A stretch of 64,000 nucleotides of DNA from a virus. Its lineage: Duplodnaviria; Caudoviricetes. The number at the start of each line of letters is the position of its first letter. The stretch's first letter is position 1. The stretch spans positions 192,001 to 256,000 of IMG/VR virus record IMGVR_UViG_3300029288_000060; one strand, 5' to 3'. Of this stretch, positions 58,772 to 64,000 are shown piece by piece. The position numbers and the translations under genes were made by a program. The notes beneath the pieces are model-generated. The model was not told where the DNA came from, did not search any database, and saw only the letters and a program-made list of their open reading frames with translations.

Positions 58772-58847
58772 GTTAGGAAATGGGGTAGGATTCGAACCTA
58801 TAGCCTCCGGAGCTTTCTCAAGACACCTATTGTCTCCCATTCCTAAC
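58772..58847 (-). ncRNA. tRNA-like element without an anticodon arm
   Basis: Acceptor-like stem, GACA-AUAGG-UGUC D-like arm, UAGG-UUCGAAU-CCUA T arm. Confidence 0.6.
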
Positions 58848-58852
58848 ATTTG

Positions 58853-59227
58853 TTATATAAAATTTTCAAGTTCTTTTATCCATTTTCTTGGAAGTCGTCT
58901 TACTACTTTTACAACTTTTTTGTTAAATATTATCTTGATAATTCTAAATCTTTTTCCTTTTCCTACTGGTATGAAAAATAAAGATCTAATGTTGGTAATC
59001 CAATAACCTCGTTTTTTATGATGATACCAATGTGAGTTATATCCAATAAATGGAATATGATAGCTCTTTAAAAAAGCCTTCACATCTATTAATCCACCTT
59101 TTACTATAAATGGAGAATCATCTGAAGTTTTAGGATAAATAAAAGCTATAGTATATGGGTTTACATCTACCCAGCTTCTTTTTATGTTATATTCAAATTC
59201 CTTTCTGACCTTCAGCTTCATGCTCAT
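58853..59227 (-). CDS. hypothetical basic protein
   Basis: 124 aa ORF with GGAGG RBS. Confidence 0.7.
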   Translation of the reverse strand: MSMKLKVRKEFEYNIKRSWVDVNPYTIAFIYPKTSDDSPFIVKGGLIDVKAFLKSYHIPFIGYNSHWYHHKKRGYWITNIRSLFFIPVGKGKRFRIIKIIFNKKVVKVVRRLPRKWIKELENFI

Positions 59228-59247
59228 AAGACCTCCATGATTTTTAT

Positions 59248-59429
59248 AGTATTAGAAAGGGCATAGATGGACGTCACTACTTATTTAACTTCATGACGCC
59301 CATCTATTTTAGGTTTTCGTTTTACGATTCATTATTTATCCGTATAACCTTGCCCAAATTTCTGATCTTTATGGGATATTATTATAAATAATATCCCTTC
59401 AAAACTAATACAACTAACCCACTCTTTTC
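59248..59429 (-). ncRNA. structured 5' leader or ncRNA C
   Basis: Nested stems GGGCA/UGCCC, AUAGAUGG.CGUCA/UGACG.CCAUCUAU, AGGUU/AACCU and a GGGAUAUUAU hairpin; promoter motif at 59429-59447. Confidence 0.55.
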
Positions 59430-59518
59430 ATATATTAATATATATAGCATGATAAACTAAACTTAAAAATTTAATTGTTTTAAGAATGATTGAACAAAAA
59501 ATAAAAGAGGATTTTTAT

Positions 59519-60202
59519 ATGAGTTATCCACAAAACCCTGAAACATTAGTAATAAAAAATGAATACTATCCATCAGGTTTATCCGAAATAAACGTATGGA
59601 ATTATTATCAAAAAGTTAAAAATCAATTATTAAAAGAAACAATTGGTAAAAGTTTAATTATCTTTTTTTCTATTGATTTAAACAAATTTACAGTTATTAG
59701 AAAACAACAGTCAAAAGGGTTAATAAGATTAACTCCTTCAAATTACAATACAATTGTTAGTGGCAGAACAATTAGCTTTCATAATGTAATGGGTAAATAT
59801 TCTAATTATGGCATTATAGATATAGATACAGATAATTTTAATAAAGCTAAAGATTTAGTTTTAGAACTATATGATTTATTTGATAAACAAAAATTTGTTA
59901 GTGATATTAAAATAATATTTACTGGTAAAAATTCCTTTCATTTAAGAACATATTTCAATGCTGAATATAAAATTGAATATATTAAACAAACATTATTTGA
60001 TGTTTTACAAGGTGTTAAATTACAGAATCCATTTACAGTAAGAGCCAGAAGAATAAAAGATATACCAAATTTAGACTTACAAAGAAATATTTATAACGCT
60101 GGACATATTGCTTTACACTCATTGAGTGTTGATGGACTTAAAGTTATAGAAGTTAAACAAAAAAATATAAAATTTTTTAGAAAAGAAGATACAAAAATTT
60201 AA
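59519..60202 (+). CDS. archaeo-eukaryotic primase / LigD polymerase-like protein
   Basis: IIDID (motif I), FTGKNSFH (motif II), LDLQRN (motif III). Confidence 0.72.
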   Translation: MSYPQNPETLVIKNEYYPSGLSEINVWNYYQKVKNQLLKETIGKSLIIFFSIDLNKFTVIRKQQSKGLIRLTPSNYNTIVSGRTISFHNVMGKYSNYGIIDIDTDNFNKAKDLVLELYDLFDKQKFVSDIKIIFTGKNSFHLRTYFNAEYKIEYIKQTLFDVLQGVKLQNPFTVRARRIKDIPNLDLQRNIYNAGHIALHSLSVDGLKVIEVKQKNIKFFRKEDTKI

Positions 60203-60204
60203 TG

Positions 60205-60241
60205 AAAAAACAAGAATTTAACTTGTAAATTCTTGTTTTTT
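60205..60241. terminator. bidirectional intrinsic terminator
   Basis: AAAAAACAAGAATTTA...TAAATTCTTGTTTTTT between convergent genes. Confidence 0.75.
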
Positions 60242-60247
60242 CATTTA

Positions 60248-60928
60248 TTAATAAAATAATGATGTTTCCCTTCTTTGATCAATACTACATTCATCCTCCC
60301 AGAAATCATCAACAAGTTCTTCATAGAGTTTTCTGTCTTGTTCTTTAATTTCCTTTGTCAATATACTCCTTGATTTTATTAACTTTGATTGGTTCCGCCG
60401 GACCCATTTTTTGAATGGTTTCCAACTCACCTCGATTACTGAATCATAGTAAGAGGTAACTTTTCTTATAAATCCAACGCGTTGTTTTTGCCATAAGCTG
60501 AAGGCTTTACCAAAGTCTAGATCAAGCACTTCTATCGTAGCATTTCTCATGGCTAGTTGCAAAAGATCATAAAATGGACCAACTTTTTTTCCATGTTTAG
60601 TGGGATAATATTTTGTCATATAATCAAGACTTGGATGATTATAAATATTTTCTAAAGGTTTTTTGACCTCTCGACCTGTTTGTTTGACCCTACTTATAAT
60701 TTCTACTACAAATCCTACATCAAAGGAATTAACTACTTCTTTTGAAATTAAGGATGAACTTACCGGAGGCCTAGTATCCACAATTGGCTCGACTGTTATT
60801 AAATCAGAGCAACCAAGTCTTTTCTTGACATGAATTACTTTACCTGTTATCTCAGCTCCAGAGCTGTAGTGTGGTAATGATACTTTAACGATATCACCAA
60901 GACAAATGATTTTACAAATTTGACTCAT
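60248..60928 (-). CDS. hypothetical protein
   Basis: 226 aa ORF with GGAG RBS. Confidence 0.75.
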   Translation of the reverse strand: MSQICKIICLGDIVKVSLPHYSSGAEITGKVIHVKKRLGCSDLITVEPIVDTRPPVSSSLISKEVVNSFDVGFVVEIISRVKQTGREVKKPLENIYNHPSLDYMTKYYPTKHGKKVGPFYDLLQLAMRNATIEVLDLDFGKAFSLWQKQRVGFIRKVTSYYDSVIEVSWKPFKKWVRRNQSKLIKSRSILTKEIKEQDRKLYEELVDDFWEDECSIDQRRETSLFY

Positions 60929-60939
60929 ATTTCCTCCCT

Positions 60940-61125
60940 TTAATAATATCCGCCGACTCTTCGTTTGTTATACTCTTCAAGGTCAACCTTGTCATATTCT
61001 ACTACAAGGTATAAAGTATGTTCGCCTTCCACTGTTATAGACTTTTCAACATTTAGAGTTCCACCTTCTTTCTGAACTAATTCAAAAAGAAGGACTAAGT
61101 TTTCAGCATTTATTATTTTTTTCAC
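60940..61125 (-). CDS. hypothetical protein
   Basis: 61 aa ORF with AGGAG RBS. Confidence 0.65.
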   Translation of the reverse strand: MKKIINAENLVLLFELVQKEGGTLNVEKSITVEGEHTLYLVVEYDKVDLEEYNKRRVGGYY

Positions 61126-61141
61126 TTTATCTCCTTTTTAG

Positions 61142-61423
61142 TTAAATAAACCCATCATGAGTATAATAACAAATCATGACGTTATCAAGGTTTCCATGTG
61201 GACAATTTCCTTGAATAGTAATAAGGTCAGTTATTTGGTTTTTTGCAATTCCGGTAAGTTTTGTATCACTTGGGTATTGTTGAAGGATTGTAATTAATTC
61301 TCCAACAGTTCTTTGTTTGGGAACCATCTGATCCATTTTTTCGATTTCTTTGATATTACATACTTCACATTTTTCATCCCTAAAACAAAAGAATCTATCT
61401 GATTTTTTACATATTATTGACAT
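61142..61423 (-). CDS. hypothetical protein
   Basis: 93 aa ORF with TVGELITILQQYP motif. Confidence 0.7.
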   Translation of the reverse strand: MSIICKKSDRFFCFRDEKCEVCNIKEIEKMDQMVPKQRTVGELITILQQYPSDTKLTGIAKNQITDLITIQGNCPHGNLDNVMICYYTHDGFI

Positions 61424-61473
61424 GGTAATTTCTCCTTATTTAAAATAAAATTTGTTTAAAATAAAAAAAGGGA

Positions 61474-61800
61474 TCACTCCCTTTCTTTTGTTATCGTTTC
61501 GATTTCGGTACTAATCTTTTTGAACAGGTTATCCCCACCTTTATAACGATGGAAGATTTCTTCTAGATCTGGTATAAACGTCGGATCTTTTTCGACGCCA
61601 TTTTTTAGAAGTATTAACGCTTCTCTTACCATTGAATAGAACTTTTTTTCTGTATCGGCTTCTATGGCTTCCAGAGTGTGTTCATGAGCTTTGAGAAATT
61701 TCTCCTTAACCATAGCGTATGTTAGAATGAAGAGGATGATATTATATCCTCTGGCGTATATTCTCTTTAATCCCCGCCAAAATTTTTTTAATAAATTCAT
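61474..61800 (-). CDS. hypothetical protein
   Basis: 108 aa ORF with AAGGAGG RBS. Confidence 0.7.
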   Translation of the reverse strand: MNLLKKFWRGLKRIYARGYNIILFILTYAMVKEKFLKAHEHTLEAIEADTEKKFYSMVREALILLKNGVEKDPTFIPDLEEIFHRYKGGDNLFKKISTEIETITKERE

Positions 61801-61817
61801 CCTTTCCTCCTTTTAAA

Positions 61818-62099
61818 TTAGCCGTGAGCAGCGATTAAGAATTTACCGTTGCGTCCATCGTCATAATAAACTTGTCGAGTTTTGTGGACGATCGAATGGA
61901 AGACAACAAGATAGGCCCAAACTGCCATAGGGCCAGTAAGAATTACCTCTTGTTTATCAATTTCCAATTTTGCTATGTTACGACCTACAATATTAATCGC
62001 TTTATCTACAGGCGTTATCAGGTTTAATCTTCCAGCAACTTCTATAATAACACATCCCGCATATAATTCTGTATTTTCTAAACCAAGATTGATAAACAT
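61818..62099 (-). CDS. Csx3/Crn3-like protein, candidate cyclic oligoadenylate ring nuclease
   Basis: VILTGPMAVWAYLVVFHSIVHKTRQVYYDDGRNGKFLIAAH resembles the recalled Csx3 core VVISGRGPIW..H...H...YDPR..VVxSH. Confidence 0.55.
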   Translation of the reverse strand: MFINLGLENTELYAGCVIIEVAGRLNLITPVDKAINIVGRNIAKLEIDKQEVILTGPMAVWAYLVVFHSIVHKTRQVYYDDGRNGKFLIAAHG

Positions 62100-62154
62100 G
62101 TTAATCCTCCCCTTTATATATTATAGGATATTATAAATAATATCCTTTCATTCA

Positions 62155-62342
62155 AAAGAGTAGAGAACTGGCGCGGGTTCTCTACATTGGACTTTAGCAC
62201 CTACCTCGTAAGGCTGGTATCCACATCCACTTATTGTTCTTGGCGGGAATAACCTCAGACGTTAACCATTCACGTTCAGGTGAACTAGTTTTCTTAGGTA
62301 ACTAGTAACCTTAACTAAAATTAAAATAACCCTACCACTTTC
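62155..62342 (-). ncRNA. structured leader or ncRNA D
   Basis: GC-richer non-coding stretch with several hairpins, ending GUAGAGAAC-loop-GUUCUCUAC-UCUUUU. Confidence 0.55.
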
Positions 62343-62486
62343 AAATATTAATATATGTAGTAAATTGGGTTATATTGAATTATTTTTAGAACAAAATATA
62401 AATTTAAACAAAAAAGCTGTGGACTCGAACCACCCTCAAAAAATGATACACCTTTACTTTTCAAATATTAATATATGTAGTAAATT
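62339..62486 (-). repeat. duplicated 28-bp promoter-like element
   Basis: TTTCAAATATTAATATATGTAGTAAATT is identical at 62339-62366 and 62459-62486. Confidence 0.9.
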
Positions 62487-62509
62487 AAAATACAATGAAA
62501 GGAGTAATA

Positions 62510-63208
62510 ATGCTAACATTTGGAGTTTTAGGAAGTGGGTATATCTTTGAAAAACATAAACAAGCAATTGAAAAGATAGGTGGGAGAATAGTAAATATAT
62601 ATGATCCTCTCTTATCTAATCTACAAAAACCTGAACATTTATTTGAATATGAATTTGATTGGTTAGTTATATGTAGTCCGAGTAATACTCATTATAATTA
62701 TTTGAAAATGGGTTTGGAAAATGACAAGAATATTATTTGTGAAAAACCTACTTGGTTACCTTGGCAGATGCCAATAGATGATGATAGAATAAATGTTGTT
62801 TTACAATATAGATATTTAGAAAATTTGCCACAAGAAACAGTTAAAATTAGAATGGTTAGAGATGAAAAATATTTAAATTCCAGTAAGGGAAACACAAAAA
62901 TTACTGGGGGAATATGGTATAATCTTTTTATCCATGGTCTTGATTTAGCTTTAAAATTAAATGTAGATTTTGAAGGAATGATTGCTACAGAAGGAAAACA
63001 AGAAAGAATGGTTGGGGATTTTGATTTGAATTCCGTTGATATGGATACTTTATATGTTGAAATGTACAAAAAAATAATTTTTGAAAATAAAGGAATTAAG
63101 CCTCAAGACGTAATGTTTTTGCATTGGTGGTTACAACATCATAGTAATATACATGGGTATGGAAAAGATATGTTAAATAAAACTATCTATATAAAAAAAG
63201 AATTTTAA
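62510..63208 (+). CDS. Gfo/Idh/MocA oxidoreductase (WbpB/WlbA-like, short)
   Basis: GSGYIFEKH, ICSPSNTH, ICEKP, SKGNTKITGG. Confidence 0.8.
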   Translation: MLTFGVLGSGYIFEKHKQAIEKIGGRIVNIYDPLLSNLQKPEHLFEYEFDWLVICSPSNTHYNYLKMGLENDKNIICEKPTWLPWQMPIDDDRINVVLQYRYLENLPQETVKIRMVRDEKYLNSSKGNTKITGGIWYNLFIHGLDLALKLNVDFEGMIATEGKQERMVGDFDLNSVDMDTLYVEMYKKIIFENKGIKPQDVMFLHWWLQHHSNIHGYGKDMLNKTIYIKKEF

Positions 63209-63217
63209 TAAGGAGTT

Positions 63218-63790
63218 ATGATGATAGGATTAGTTGTAAAAAAAATTATATCTAAATTAAAAAAAGAAAAACATTATTTTGTTCATGAATCATCTTATGT
63301 TGATAATAATGTAATAATTGGAGAAGGTACTAAAATATGGCATTTTTCCCATATTTTACCTGGTGTTAAAATAGGAAAAAATGTTTCTATTGGAGCTAAT
63401 GTAACAATTGGGCCAAATGTAATAATTGGTGATAATTGCAAAATTCAAAACAATGTTTCTATATTTGAGGGTGTAATATTAGAAGATGATGTATTTATTG
63501 GACCATCCACAACTTTTACAAACGTTTTAAATCCTAGAGCTTTTATATCAAGAAAAAACGAATTTAAAGTCACTATTTTAAAACATGGGTGTTCAACTGG
63601 CGCAAATTCGACTATTATTTGTGGGCATAATATTGGAGAATATGCATTTGTTGCAGCTGGATCTGTAGTAACAAAAGACGTAGGACCACATGAAATGGTA
63701 TATGGTAATCCTGCAGTATATAGAGGAAAAATTTGTAAATGTGGTAAAACTTATGGAAGTGATTTTATAATTTGTGATAACTGTAAATGA
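63218..63790 (+). CDS. N-acetyltransferase (WbpD/WlbB-like)
   Basis: IWHFSHI, KIQNNVSIFEGV, FTNVLNPR. Confidence 0.9.
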   Translation: MMIGLVVKKIISKLKKEKHYFVHESSYVDNNVIIGEGTKIWHFSHILPGVKIGKNVSIGANVTIGPNVIIGDNCKIQNNVSIFEGVILEDDVFIGPSTTFTNVLNPRAFISRKNEFKVTILKHGCSTGANSTIICGHNIGEYAFVAAGSVVTKDVGPHEMVYGNPAVYRGKICKCGKTYGSDFIICDNCK

Positions 63791-63814
63791 AAAATAGGGT
63801 TTCCCCTATTTTTT
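63790..63814 (+). terminator. intrinsic terminator
   Basis: AAAAATAGGG-TTTC-CCCTATTTTTT. Confidence 0.7.
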
Positions 63815-64000
63815 CTTTTGATTCTCATAAAGAATCTGTAACATTAATTAATCCTAGATTTAATAGAATAAGAATAGACAAAAAAATAAATGATTATGAT
63901 GTAAGGACAAGTCAAATTCCTGAATTGGGGTAAAAAAGGATATTAAAATGATATTATGTGATTATGGATGTGGGCAAGAAGCAAAATTTCAGTTAAAAAA

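Noticed and set aside
58772-58847. Canonical tRNA call
   Set aside because: No anticodon stem-loop and no CCA; kept only as tRNA-like
58752-59006. 84 aa plus-strand ORF
   Set aside because: GVGFEP is the typical antisense translation of a T-loop, and the ORF overlaps a better minus-strand gene
62185-62215. SAM-I (GGUGCUAA) or c-di-AMP (ACCUCGUA) riboswitch fragments
   Set aside because: Only short words match; the rest of each consensus is missing
62365-62550. 61 aa plus-strand ORF
   Set aside because: TTG start without RBS, spanning the duplicated promoter and the micro-cassette
27626-63069. Minus-strand shadow ORFs within plus-strand genes (for example 31881-32303, 45441-45764, 62698-63069)
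   Set aside because: Antisense to well-supported enzymes, with no RBS
1-64000. Stop-codon recoding (TAG or TGA reassignment)
   Set aside because: Conserved genes are full length and densely packed under the standard code, and all three stop codons are used

Overview
This AT-rich window has the gene content of a large T4-like or jumbo lytic phage genome. The genetic code is standard, and no rRNA, CRISPR array, integrase or transposase is visible. Bases 1-26.2 kb are read on the minus strand. They hold a replication and nucleotide module: RuvC-like resolvase, UDP-sugar dehydrogenase, ThyX, gp13-like neck protein, 5'-3' exonuclease, dNMP kinase, probable sliding clamp, TOPRIM primase, clamp loader, Dda/RecD2-like helicase and a lytic transglycosylase. 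They also hold about 50 small accessory ORFs, including a GC-richer block (about 15.5-19.7 kb) of mosaic Cys-rich ORFs assembled from shared DNA modules. A divergent intergenic region with GC-rich hairpins lies at 26.2-27.0 kb. From 27 to 64 kb the plus strand carries probable virion genes, GmhA, a NUDIX hydrolase, a volactin-like actin, HPRT, a PAAR-like protein and a glycan-synthesis island of about 30 kb. The island has roughly ten glycosyltransferases, five methyltransferases, three acyltransferases, a B12 radical SAM enzyme and a Wbp/Wlb/Wbm-like diacetamido-uronic acid pathway. Five antisense cassettes are inserted into the distal part of the island. All five start at one conserved promoter-like motif (TAYATATATTWAT-W4-GA), and four end in a U-tract-GUUU tail. 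They carry several unannotated structured RNAs (a rod-like hairpin RNA, a pseudoknotted RNA of about 325 nt, tRNA-like elements, structured leaders) and a Csx3/Crn3-like candidate anti-CRISPR ring nuclease. All family assignments come from recognising motifs by eye; no searches were run.
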